Below, in pieces: positions 49,127 through 57,959 of a stretch of 64,000 bases of DNA. The position numbers were made by a program, and so were the translations under genes. This stretch comes from Thermoanaerobaculia bacterium (GTDB lineage: Bacteria; Acidobacteriota; Thermoanaerobaculia; Gp7-AA8): contig OY970284.1 of the NCBI GenBank assembly GCA_963715895.1, positions 4,899,892 through 4,963,891 of the forward strand, in the 5' to 3' direction. Under the pieces are notes generated by a model that ran no database searches, was not told where the DNA came from, and worked only from the letters and a program-made list of their open reading frames with translations. Every line of letters begins with the position of its first letter. Position 1 is the first letter of the stretch.

Positions 49127-50377
49127 TCACGGCTTGAAAAAGGACGAATCGAACGTCTTGCCCAGAACCGACTTGCCGATCGTGGCAAGCACCTGGTCAT
49201 CGTTGTCGTGACGGACGTACATCGACAGATCGCGCACGATTCGCTCGACGGGACTGGGCCGGTTGAGGGCACGCGCGCCGCAGGCGCGCACAGCGTGGTC
49301 GACGGTCTCCAGCGCCAGATGCTCGACGAGATGCCGTGCCCGGCTCCCCGCTACCTGCGCCTCGGCATACGCGCCGCTCTCCCACAGCGTAGCCACGTGG
49401 CGCAGCCAGAGATGCGCGGTCTCCACCGCCACCGCCATTTTGGCCACGTGATGCTGGACGTACGGATCGTCGGTCTTGTGCTGGCAGCGGATGTAATCGA
49501 TCGCGTAGTCGTAGGCCGCTTCCGCCGCGCCGAGAAACGACGATGCGTAGTGCGGCACGAAGCAGGTCTGCCAACCCTCGCGAAGATACTGGCCCGGCGT
49601 ACCGATGATGTTCTCGTCGGGGATGTGCGTGTTCTCGAACTCGACCACATGGCTGACCGTGGCGCGCATGCCGAGGGGATCCCACCAACGGGGATCGACA
49701 CGAACCGACGGGTCGCGAAGATCGCAAGCCGCGAGCAGCACGGTGTCGGCCGCCGCGCCGGTGGCGTGCCGCGCGCCGCCCGGTCCGGCCGTGCTGACCA
49801 GGAGCAGAGCCCACGTGGCGCCCCCCGCGCTGGTGCAGAACGCTTTCTTGCCGTTGAGCCGGTAGCCGCCGCTCACACGCTCGAGGGTCGTACCGAAGCG
49901 CGACGTGTCGCCGGGGGCGCGCGCTTGCGGCTCGCCGCTCCAGGCCACCCAGGTCTCGCCGCGCTCCACCACGCCGGGGAACCACCGCCGCTTCTGGGCC
50001 TCATCGGCCATGCCGTCGAGCAGCACCAGCGAATTGGCGTGCCCTTCCCAGCAGCGGGCCAGCGAGAGATCGGCGCGGGCGATCTCCTTCGTCATCATCC
50101 AGAGGGTGAAGACGTCGCCGCGGTACGGACCGAGCCCGAGCCCGCCGTAACTCTCAGGAATCGTAGGCGCCGTCAGCGACGCGGCGAAGAGGTCGTCGAA
50201 GTCTTCCTTCGGAAACACGGCCTCGGCGTCGTATTGCGCCGCACGTGCCGCGAACTGCTCGCGCGCCAGCCGCGCCACCTGCTCGACCAGGGCCCGGCCG
50301 CGATCGGAGAGATAGATCCCCGCGATCGGGCGGGGCTCGCTCGCCGTCTGCCGGATCGGTGTCACGTCCGCGGTCAT
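49127..50377 (-). CDS. Acyl-CoA dehydrogenase-fold flavoenzyme (DszC/SfnB-like, probably a monooxygenase)
   Basis: IPESYGGLG, WSGEP, LNGKKAFCT, WWDPLGMRATVS, ACGA...ERIVRD; ATG 50377. Confidence 0.82.
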   Translation of the reverse strand: MTADVTPIRQTASEPRPIAGIYLSDRGRALVEQVARLAREQFAARAAQYDAEAVFPKEDFDDLFAASLTAPTIPESYGGLGLGPYRGDVFTLWMMTKEIARADLSLARCWEGHANSLVLLDGMADEAQKRRWFPGVVERGETWVAWSGEPQARAPGDTSRFGTTLERVSGGYRLNGKKAFCTSAGGATWALLLVSTAGPGGARHATGAAADTVLLAACDLRDPSVRVDPRWWDPLGMRATVSHVVEFENTHIPDENIIGTPGQYLREGWQTCFVPHYASSFLGAAEAAYDYAIDYIRCQHKTDDPYVQHHVAKMAVAVETAHLWLRHVATLWESGAYAEAQVAGSRARHLVEHLALETVDHAVRACGARALNRPSPVERIVRDLSMYVRHDNDDQVLATIGKSVLGKTFDSSFFKP

Positions 50378-50757
50378 CGCTTCACCTGATGAAAAAACTC
50401 GCGATCGAAGAAATGCGAGCGCCCGCTGCCGTCGAGGAAGGTGATGAGCTCCACCACCACCAGCACGCCCAGTTTCACATTGGCCTGCAGATCGACCCGC
50501 GCCTCGCCGAGCTCGAAGCGCGCGCTGAACGCCCCAGCCGCCCGCTCCTCGAACGTGAATGCGTAGAGGGATGCCGGAACGCTTCCCCAATCCGCCGGCG
50601 TGCCGGCGTAGCGTCCGTAAGCGCGTACGTCGATCGATCCGCCGTCATTCGCCGTGCAGACGATTCGGGCGATCGATCCCTCGGCGTTGGTATTGCGCCA
50701 GTCGCCAACCAGCACGGCGGGATCGAGTCCTCTCACAGCCGGTGCGGTAACGGTCAT
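50374..50757 (-). CDS. Small beta-barrel (lipocalin/avidin-like) hypothetical protein, paralog A
   Basis: LVGDWRNTN ... GAFSARF ... LQANVKLGVLVV ... REFF. Confidence 0.7.
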   Translation of the reverse strand: MTVTAPAVRGLDPAVLVGDWRNTNAEGSIARIVCTANDGGSIDVRAYGRYAGTPADWGSVPASLYAFTFEERAAGAFSARFELGEARVDLQANVKLGVLVVVELITFLDGSGRSHFFDREFFHQVKR

Positions 50758-51185
50758 GACCGGTCACCATCGATGGCCCGGTAGAAGAACTCGCGGGTGA
50801 AGCGGTCGGAGATCGGACCGGAATGACGGAAGGTTACGAACGTCGCCACCACCAGAAGGCCGAGGTTCAGATTGGCCTGGACCTCGACGTCCAAATCATC
50901 GAAACGGTAATGCGCGGTGAACGCACCGGCGCGCGTGTCTCCGGTGCCGATGCCGCCGGAGTAGAGCACCTCGGCGCGGACGCGCCCCCACGAAGGAGGC
51001 GATGGCGGAGCGCTGCCGAAGATCGTGACGTAGAGACCATCTCCTTCGGTATCGACGATCAGCGAATCGATCCACTGCTGCTTGTCGTTCGTCTTCTGCC
51101 ACGAGCCGGCAAGCGTCTCGACGACGATTCGAGGCCGTGGCGGTGTCAGATCGGGCCGGGTCCATCGCTCTGTCGATGCCGTCAT
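50754..51185 (-). CDS. Small beta-barrel hypothetical protein, paralog B
   Basis: LAGSWQKTN ... GAFTAHY ... VQANLNLGLLVV ... REFF; RBS GAGGAGG. Confidence 0.7.
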   Translation of the reverse strand: MTASTERWTRPDLTPPRPRIVVETLAGSWQKTNDKQQWIDSLIVDTEGDGLYVTIFGSAPPSPPSWGRVRAEVLYSGGIGTGDTRAGAFTAHYRFDDLDVEVQANLNLGLLVVATFVTFRHSGPISDRFTREFFYRAIDGDRS

Positions 51186-51320
51186 CCCATCCTCCTCAAC
51201 ATCGCTCCAACATGGCTCCAACATGGCTCACCCTTTTCGGGAAAGCGATCCAGAATCGCCACGAGCCAAGCGTGCGTCATCGAGATTCCTCGGGGGTCGC
51301 AGAGAGTGTAGTCCTCAGGT

Positions 51321-51347
51321 AGACGGCTTTGGCAAGCGCCGTGTGAA
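51321..51347 (-). promoter_or_regulatory. ECF-type promoter motif, copy 5 (13-gene tailoring operon)
   Basis: Minus strand reads TTCACA-cggcgcttgccaaagc-CGTCT. Confidence 0.75.
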
Positions 51348-51368
51348 AATGGCGGGCGGACGGCGACA

Positions 51369-51395
51369 TTCACATCCCGCGGCAGAGGATCGTCT
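51369..51395 (+). promoter_or_regulatory. ECF-type promoter motif, copy 6 (beta-propeller gene)
   Basis: TTCACA-tcccgcggcagaggat-CGTCT, 11 bp before GTG 51407. Confidence 0.75.
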
Positions 51396-51406
51396 TATCA
51401 TCCGAC

Positions 51407-53263
51407 GTGTCCATTCGTCTCCTCGCATCGGCCGCCGCCGCTCTACTCTCCCTGTCTGTCGCGCTTGCCGCGCCGATGCACTCCCGGCACACCGACAAGG
51501 GGATCGTCGTCGATCTCAACGTCACGCCCCTCGCCGGCGCCGATCTCCGCGAGGGAGCGCCTGTGCGCATCACCCTGAAATTCACCGACGCCACCACCGG
51601 CGCGAAGATGCGCGGCATCAACCCCGCGGCCTGGTTCGCCGCCCGCGAGGACGCTGCTCCTCCCTCCGGCCGCACGGCCTGCGAAGCCAGGATCGCCGCC
51701 TTCCTCGGCGGCAACCTCTTCTCCGAGCCGGCGCTCGACCTCAACGTCTACGACGTGGTCACGCTCAACGAAGACCCAACCCTCTCCGTCGTCGATCCGC
51801 GCTTCAGCTTCGGCGGCTCGCGCCTGCTCGCCCTCGTCGAGTTGCGCAGCCGCGGCCACGACTGGGCGCTCAGCGGCGCCAACCGCCTCTTCGTGACCAT
51901 GCCCGACGCCAACGCGGTGGCCGCCGTCGACACCGCCACATGGAAAGTGACCGCCAACCTCGACGTCGGCACGAAGCCGAAGCGCATCGCCGCCCAGCCG
52001 GGAAGCGAAGCGGTGTGGGTCACCAGTGATACGGCGGTTGCCCGGATCGCGTCGAACGATCTCACCGTCGGGACCCGTATCCCCGTTCCGGCCGGTGATC
52101 ACGACCTCGCCTTCAGCGACGACGGCCGTTACCTGGTCGTGACCAGCGGCGAAGGGAAGGTGGCCACGATGATCGAGACCGGCAGCCCGCGCAAGCCGGT
52201 CGCAGTCGCTCTTTCCTCTTCCCCGGAGGCAGTGGCCTTCTCGTCCGCCAGCGGCATGGCCTACGTCCTCGGGAAGGACGGGAAGATCGCCGTCATCGAT
52301 CCGAAGACACGAAAGGTTCGCGACACCATTCAGGCCGAGGCCGGTGCGACACGAATCCGCTTCGCGCCCGGCGGCCGCTATGGGTTCATCGTCAATACAC
52401 CGAAGGATCTCGTCCAGATTCTCGATGCCTCCTCGGGGCGGATCGAGCAACGCGGCAAGTTCGAGGGCGGGCCCTTCGAGGTCACCTTCACCCAGAACCT
52501 CGCCTACGTCCGCCACCTCCGGAGCGACGTCGTACTGATGGTGCCGCTGGCAGATTTGAGGGAAGGGAAAGCCATCTCCGTGGTCGACTTCCCCGCCGGC
52601 CAGAAATCGTTCGGCGACGCCGGCTCCCCCACGCCGGCCGACGGCATCGTCGAATCGCCCGAGCCCGGCTCCGTGCTCGTGGCCCACCCCGCCGACCAAT
52701 CGATCTACTACTACAAGGAAGGGATGGCCGCGCCGATGGGAACGTTCTCGAACTACGGCCGCGCGCCGCGCGCCGTCATCGTGATCGACCGCACGCTGCG
52801 CGAACAGAGTCCCGGCGTCTTTACGACGGTGACGCACCTCCCTGACCCCGGCTCCTACGACGCCGCCGTCTTCGTCGACTCCCCCCGCGTCGTAACCTGC
52901 TTCGACGTCGCCGTCCACGAGGACCCCAAACGCGCCGCCGAACGAATCGCCGGCGTCACCGTCGAGCCCCAGCTTGACACCCGCACCTTCGCCTCAGGCA
53001 CCCCCGTCCACCTGACCTTCCGCCTCACCGACCGCGCCACCGGCAAGCCGCTGAACAACGTGAAAGACGCCCGCCTCCTCGCCTTCCGCGCCGCCGGCGG
53101 CTGGACCCGCCGCGAACCCCTCACCCCCCTCGGCGACGGCCGTTACGAAACCACCATCACCCCGACACAGGCGGGGATCTACTACGTCTATGTCGAGAGC
53201 GCGCAGATGGACCTGCGACCGAACAGCGGGCAGTTTCTGGCAATTGAGGTTACGGGGAAGTAG
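51407..53263 (+). CDS. Secreted cytochrome cd1/YncE-like beta-propeller protein with terminal Ig-like domains
   Basis: Signal peptide; LNEDPTLSVVDP..FGG, blade repeats LAFSDDGRY and IRFAPGGRYG, YYYKEGMAAPMG; YtkA-like C-terminus GDGRYE...AGIYYVYV. Confidence 0.8.
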   Translation: MSIRLLASAAAALLSLSVALAAPMHSRHTDKGIVVDLNVTPLAGADLREGAPVRITLKFTDATTGAKMRGINPAAWFAAREDAAPPSGRTACEARIAAFLGGNLFSEPALDLNVYDVVTLNEDPTLSVVDPRFSFGGSRLLALVELRSRGHDWALSGANRLFVTMPDANAVAAVDTATWKVTANLDVGTKPKRIAAQPGSEAVWVTSDTAVARIASNDLTVGTRIPVPAGDHDLAFSDDGRYLVVTSGEGKVATMIETGSPRKPVAVALSSSPEAVAFSSASGMAYVLGKDGKIAVIDPKTRKVRDTIQAEAGATRIRFAPGGRYGFIVNTPKDLVQILDASSGRIEQRGKFEGGPFEVTFTQNLAYVRHLRSDVVLMVPLADLREGKAISVVDFPAGQKSFGDAGSPTPADGIVESPEPGSVLVAHPADQSIYYYKEGMAAPMGTFSNYGRAPRAVIVIDRTLREQSPGVFTTVTHLPDPGSYDAAVFVDSPRVVTCFDVAVHEDPKRAAERIAGVTVEPQLDTRTFASGTPVHLTFRLTDRATGKPLNNVKDARLLAFRAAGGWTRREPLTPLGDGRYETTITPTQAGIYYVYVESAQMDLRPNSGQFLAIEVTGK

Positions 53264-53283
53264 TTGTGTGCGTTAGAAGCCCT

Positions 53284-53774
53284 ATCCGCAGATGACGCAG
53301 ATGAACGCAGATAAGACCGACTTTGATCTGCGCATCTGCGTTCCTGCTTTTCGGGCCGCGTCGTTGGCGCCCAAAGTTTGCACGACGCCTCCAAACCCGC
53401 AAGATACTTGCGTACCGGATTGACTGTCATTCACGCCTTCCTAAAACCGGCGAAGCCGGTTCTAGACCGTAGCCCCCGGCTTCAGTCGGGGGAACGACGT
53501 CGCTCCGTTTCTTCGAGCCCGCTTAAGCGGGCGACAGACATCCGGCTGCGGAGAACTCTTCCTGTCGCCCGCTAAGCGGGCTGCCAACTTGGGGGGATGC
53601 CTGTTCTCCCCCGACTAAAGCCGGGGGCTACGGATCTCAAGCCGGCTCCCGCCGGCAGTAGGCGCTGATCGAGTTCACCAACGCCTTGGATCGGCGGAAC
53701 GGTCGAAGGACAATACGCAATGAAACGCGGATGGGCCCGTCTTTATCTGCGTCCCATCTGCGTCATCTGCGGAT
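53284..53774. repeat. Nested REP/REPIN-like palindromic element
   Basis: Outer arms ATCCGCAGATGACGCAGATG (53284) and CATCTGCGTCATCTGCGGAT (ends 53774). Inner arms CCGTAGCCCCCGGCTTCAGTCGGGGGA (53467-53493) and TCCCCCGACTAAAGCCGGGGGCTACGG (53607-53633). Innermost AGCCCGCTTAAGCGGGCGACAG and CTGTCGCCCGCTAAGCGGGCT. Confidence 0.85.
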
Positions 53775-53801
53775 GGCTTCGTTCCTGCACTTTGAACGGT
53801 A

Positions 53802-54791
53802 TTGACCTCACGAGCCCTCCCTCTCCTCCTTCTCGCTCTCGCCACCACCGCCCAGGCGCGCGTCAGGCACGTCGTACCGCCGGCGTACAACGTCGCGGCG
53901 GCGAATGATGCGGCGAAGAGACCGGTGCTGACGGCGAAAAGCCGGTCCGGGTCGTACGTCCTCCGGGCGCAGATACTTCTCGATCGGGCGCATTGCTCGC
54001 CGGGGGAGATCGATGGACGGTATGGCGGCAACACGCGGCTGGCGGTCACCGAGTTCAATCTGTCACGACGGATCAAGGGTGGATCGAACGTCAGCGCCGG
54101 AACGTGGGATGCGCTGAACAAAGATACGGCTCCGGTCATCGTCCCCTACACGATCACGGCTGAAGACGTCGCCGGTCCGTTCGTACCCATCCCGACGGAG
54201 ATGGAGGACAAGGCCAAGCTTCCGGCCCTCGGGTATCAATCGGTCGCCGAGGAGCTTGGGGAGCGGTTTCACATCAGTCCGGCGCTGCTGCAGACGATCA
54301 ATCGCGGTGTCGCGCTCGACAAGGTGGGAACGGTCATTCAGGTTCCCAATGTCACGCGCCCTCCGTTGTCGAAGACGGCCGGGATGAGCATCCGCGTCAG
54401 CAAGCGGCGGTCGACGGTCGAAGCGATCGACGCGAAGGGCGACATTCTGGCCAGCTATCCGGCCACGATGGGCAGCGTTCATGATCCCCTTCCGATCGGG
54501 AAGTGGAAGATCAACGGGGTGGAGCGGAATCCGACCTTCCATTACAACCCTGACCTCTTCTGGGACGCCGAGCCCGGCGACAAGAAGGCCAAGCTTCCTG
54601 CCGGACCGAACAACCCGGTCGGCGTGGTCTGGATCGATCTGTCGAAGCCGCACTACGGCATTCACGGCACACCCGAGCCGTCGACCATCGGCAAGACCAC
54701 CTCGCACGGCTGCATCCGGCTGACGAACTGGGATGCCAGCGAGCTGGCGGCGATGGTGACACCGGGAATGCCGGCAGTCCTCGAGAAATGA
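53802..54791 (+). CDS. L,D-transpeptidase (YkuD) with peptidoglycan-binding domain
   Basis: SPGEIDGRYG, PAGPNNPVG, YGIHGT, SHGCIRLTNWD. Confidence 0.93.
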   Translation: MTSRALPLLLLALATTAQARVRHVVPPAYNVAAANDAAKRPVLTAKSRSGSYVLRAQILLDRAHCSPGEIDGRYGGNTRLAVTEFNLSRRIKGGSNVSAGTWDALNKDTAPVIVPYTITAEDVAGPFVPIPTEMEDKAKLPALGYQSVAEELGERFHISPALLQTINRGVALDKVGTVIQVPNVTRPPLSKTAGMSIRVSKRRSTVEAIDAKGDILASYPATMGSVHDPLPIGKWKINGVERNPTFHYNPDLFWDAEPGDKKAKLPAGPNNPVGVVWIDLSKPHYGIHGTPEPSTIGKTTSHGCIRLTNWDASELAAMVTPGMPAVLEK

Positions 54792-55399
54792 GACCCGTCA
54801 AGAGAATGTCGTTCGCTCTGGCCGCACTCTGTGTGGTGGGACTGGCGTGGGTGGCCGCCGGGACGACGCCGGACAGGAACGCCCCGCAGTCGCCGCCCCA
54901 CCCTTCGACGAAGACCTACACCATCCCCGCGCCGATTCTGACCACTCCGTCCGGCGATGCTCCCCGTCCTCTCTCCATGCCGGTGGCGGGCATCGATCCC
55001 AGCACGATCCATGACAATTTCAACGAGATGCGCGGCGGCGATACGCGCCGTCACGACGCGCTCGACATCCTGGCCCCACGCGGAACGAACGTCGTGGCCA
55101 CGGACGACGGGACGGTGAAGAAGCTCTTCACCAGCGTACCCGGCGGACTGACCGTCTATGAGTTCGATCCCGATCAGCGCTACTGCTACTACTACGCCCA
55201 TCTCGACGCCTACGCGCCGGGCCTGCACGAGGGACAGATCCTCCGCCGCGGCGATCTGATCGGCTACGTCGGCACGACCGGCAACGCTCCAAAGGACACC
55301 CCGCATCTGCACTTCGCCGTGATCCGTCTCGATCCCGACAGGCGTTGGTGGACCGGTACGGCCATCGATCCCTATCCACTGCTTTACAGGCGGCGGTAA
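54788..55399 (+). CDS. M23 family metallopeptidase
   Basis: HDALD, YYAHL, VGTTGNA, HLHF, IDPY. Confidence 0.93.
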   Translation: MRPVKRMSFALAALCVVGLAWVAAGTTPDRNAPQSPPHPSTKTYTIPAPILTTPSGDAPRPLSMPVAGIDPSTIHDNFNEMRGGDTRRHDALDILAPRGTNVVATDDGTVKKLFTSVPGGLTVYEFDPDQRYCYYYAHLDAYAPGLHEGQILRRGDLIGYVGTTGNAPKDTPHLHFAVIRLDPDRRWWTGTAIDPYPLLYRRR

Positions 55400-55444
55400 C
55401 GGCCCGAGGGAGATGTTTCACGCGTCAAAACGTCCCCCTGAAAC

Positions 55445-55564
55445 TCAGTGCACCCCGTGCATCCGCAGCAACATCTGCCACAGCGCGTGGCCTCCTCCGA
55501 AGAAAAGCACCGCGCCGATGACCACGACGACCAGGATCACGATCCATGACCATCTCTTACTCAT
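55445..55564 (-). CDS. 39-aa single-TM small protein (absent from the ORF track)
   Basis: [39 protein letters not shown]; RBS GGGAGG; start overlaps the ABC permease stop. Confidence 0.6.
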   Translation of the reverse strand: MSKRWSWIVILVVVVIGAVLFFGGGHALWQMLLRMHGVH

Positions 55565-57959
55565 ATGCAATTGCCTCCCTGACAGCGAGTCGAGCGGAAC
55601 GCCGGGCCGGGTAGAAGCTGCTCAGCGCGGCGAGGATTAGGACGAGCAGCAGCCAAACGGTGGCTGCCACCGGGGACATGTAGAAATCGAGCGCGCTGCG
55701 GATGAACATCTGTCCCGTGGCGGCATCGAGGGCGAAAGTGATCGGGATCGAGACCAGGAGGGCGGCGCACCAGCTCAGGACGGCCATCACCATCCCCTCG
55801 AAGACGACGTCGCGTGCGATGGTGCCCGGCGTAGCGCCGATGGCGCTGAGGATGCCGATCTCGCGCGTCCGCTCGAAGACGTTGAGCGTCAGCGTCGACA
55901 TCAATCCCAGTCCGCCGACGAGCACCACCAGCAGCGCGGCGAAGATCAGCGCGCTCTTGATGATCACGAGATGGTCGGAGAACGACTTGCGCGAATCGCT
56001 GAGCGCCTGGATTCCGGCCACGCTGATGCCGCCGTTCTCGAACGCCTGCTCGATCGCTTTCGATGCCGCCACCTGGCCGGCCACGTCGAGCTGCCGTGTG
56101 ACGATGCGCACGCTGCGCGCGAGGCCGGGCGGCTTGCCGGTCGCTCTGAGGATCGTTCGCGGAGGCGCGTAGACATTCGCATGCGGAGCGAGCTCTTTGA
56201 CAATTCCGACGATGCGCAACCTGATGATCCGAGCGTTGATTTGAAGCGGAACGTCGTCGCCGAGGCGGAGAGTCGGATTCAGCGATACAACCGATTGATT
56301 GATGACGGCCACACCATCGTCGTCAGGACGCAACCATCGTCCGGCGATCAGCGGCAGAGCCAGCAGCTTCGAATCGACATCAGGGCCGACCATGCTCACA
56401 TTCGATTCGCCCAGCATCGCCCCCTCTTCGGTCCAGCACTCGGCCTGCGCGACGTCCGGCACCGAGGCCAGTGCCTGCATGACCTGCGCGGACGGATAGG
56501 GACGCGATAAGACCGCCTGGACATCGAAACGTCGCGCCCGGCTGTCGGCGTCGAGCGTCCGCGTCCAGGCCGCAGAGACATTCAGCGCCGCGATGAACGC
56601 CGCGCCCCCCGCCGCCAGCGTGGCCACGGTCAATAGCAGCCGTCCGCGGCGATGAAACGTTGTCCGCAGCGAAAGCATCAGTGGCCGCGGCAGCCACTGA
56701 ATCCGCGCCAGCCATCGATCGAACCGGCGTGTACCGAACGGCTTTCCGCCGACGTCGTTGCTGAACGCTTCGTGGATGCTGATCCGCGCCGCATGCGTTA
56801 CCGGTCCGAGCGCCACCAGCAGCGGTATAACGATCCCCGCCACAACCTCGGCCGCGACAATCCACAGGGCAGGCATGACGTCGGTGATGGTCGCGTTGAG
56901 CATGCTCGCGGCGAAGCGGGCGTAGGCCTGTCCCGCGGCGATACCGAGGGGAACGCCGATGGCGATGGCAGCCGCGGCGAGGATCGCCACCTGGCCGAGG
57001 TAGAGCGACGCGATCTGACGCGTCGACGCCCCGAGCGTTTTCATCACCCCGACCTGGCGGAGCTGTTCGGTCAGCAGCGCATGAATCATGATCGCCACCA
57101 GGACGGCGCTCAGCGCGAACGTCAGCGCACCGAACGCGCCGAGGAGGTAGAGGAAGGTGTCCATCTGCGCCGCGTGCGGGTGGCGGCCGGGGGTGGGGAC
57201 GTCGATGCGGGTGACGTGGCCGATCGATCGCGCCACGCGGTTGGCGACGTCGCGGATGTGGCGTTCGTCGAGCGTGTCGCCGGTGACCAGGATGCGGAGC
57301 TGATCCGCAGATGACGCAGATAAAGGCAGATGGTTTGGATCGACGTGATTGCTCTTATCTGTGTTCATCTGCGTCATCTGCGGATTGCTTCTTACAAACC
57401 CGGCGACCGCATGCTCCATCCAGCCCGGCGCAAGACCGGCGGCGTGGACGGTTCCGGCGATGCGCAGGGGATGCTCGACGTGGTCGCTGGTGCGTACGAT
57501 CACGCGGTCGCCGACGGCGGCGCGGGCGACGGAGAGCGATGAGCGCTCGATCAACACCTCGCCCTCGCCGGGCGGCCAGGAGCCGGCGTCGGGGGTGAAG
57601 CGATCGAGGCGGATGTCGCGAAAGTCGCGGACGACGAAGAGGATCAATGGAACCCACTGATCGCTCCCCACACGCAGCCGTCCGCCGATCACCGGCCGCG
57701 ACTCGGCGTCGCGGACACCGGGCATCTGCCGCACCGAGTCGACGAGCGCGTCGCTCACGGGGCCGTCGAGCACCATGACCGCCGACGCCGGCCGGGTGTC
57801 GCTGTACGTCGTCTTCAGCTCGCGCTTCAGGACCGAGTACGACGTCAGGATCATGGTCACGCCGAAGGCGCCGGCAGCCATGGCGGTGACCGCCAGCGCC
57901 GTGCGGAGCGGCGTGTCGGCGATGTCGCGAAGGACCTTTCGCCAGCGCGGCGCGATCAC
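55557..57959 (-). CDS. MacB/FtsX-like ABC transporter permease (duplicated domain)
   Basis: [11 protein letters not shown] and [14 protein letters not shown] motifs; two periplasmic domains. Confidence 0.92.
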   Translation of the reverse strand: MIAPRWRKVLRDIADTPLRTALAVTAMAAGAFGVTMILTSYSVLKRELKTTYSDTRPASAVMVLDGPVSDALVDSVRQMPGVRDAESRPVIGGRLRVGSDQWVPLILFVVRDFRDIRLDRFTPDAGSWPPGEGEVLIERSSLSVARAAVGDRVIVRTSDHVEHPLRIAGTVHAAGLAPGWMEHAVAGFVRSNPQMTQMNTDKSNHVDPNHLPLSASSADQLRILVTGDTLDERHIRDVANRVARSIGHVTRIDVPTPGRHPHAAQMDTFLYLLGAFGALTFALSAVLVAIMIHALLTEQLRQVGVMKTLGASTRQIASLYLGQVAILAAAAIAIGVPLGIAAGQAYARFAASMLNATITDVMPALWIVAAEVVAGIVIPLLVALGPVTHAARISIHEAFSNDVGGKPFGTRRFDRWLARIQWLPRPLMLSLRTTFHRRGRLLLTVATLAAGGAAFIAALNVSAAWTRTLDADSRARRFDVQAVLSRPYPSAQVMQALASVPDVAQAECWTEEGAMLGESNVSMVGPDVDSKLLALPLIAGRWLRPDDDGVAVINQSVVSLNPTLRLGDDVPLQINARIIRLRIVGIVKELAPHANVYAPPRTILRATGKPPGLARSVRIVTRQLDVAGQVAASKAIEQAFENGGISVAGIQALSDSRKSFSDHLVIIKSALIFAALLVVLVGGLGLMSTLTLNVFERTREIGILSAIGATPGTIARDVVFEGMVMAVLSWCAALLVSIPITFALDAATGQMFIRSALDFYMSPVAATVWLLLVLILAALSSFYPARRSARLAVREAIAYE
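57303..57385. repeat. GCAGAT-family palindrome inserted in frame within the ABC permease
   Basis: ATCCGCAGATGACGCAGAT ... ATCTGCGTCATCTGCGGAT; same family at 53284, 53745 and 63487. Confidence 0.85.
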
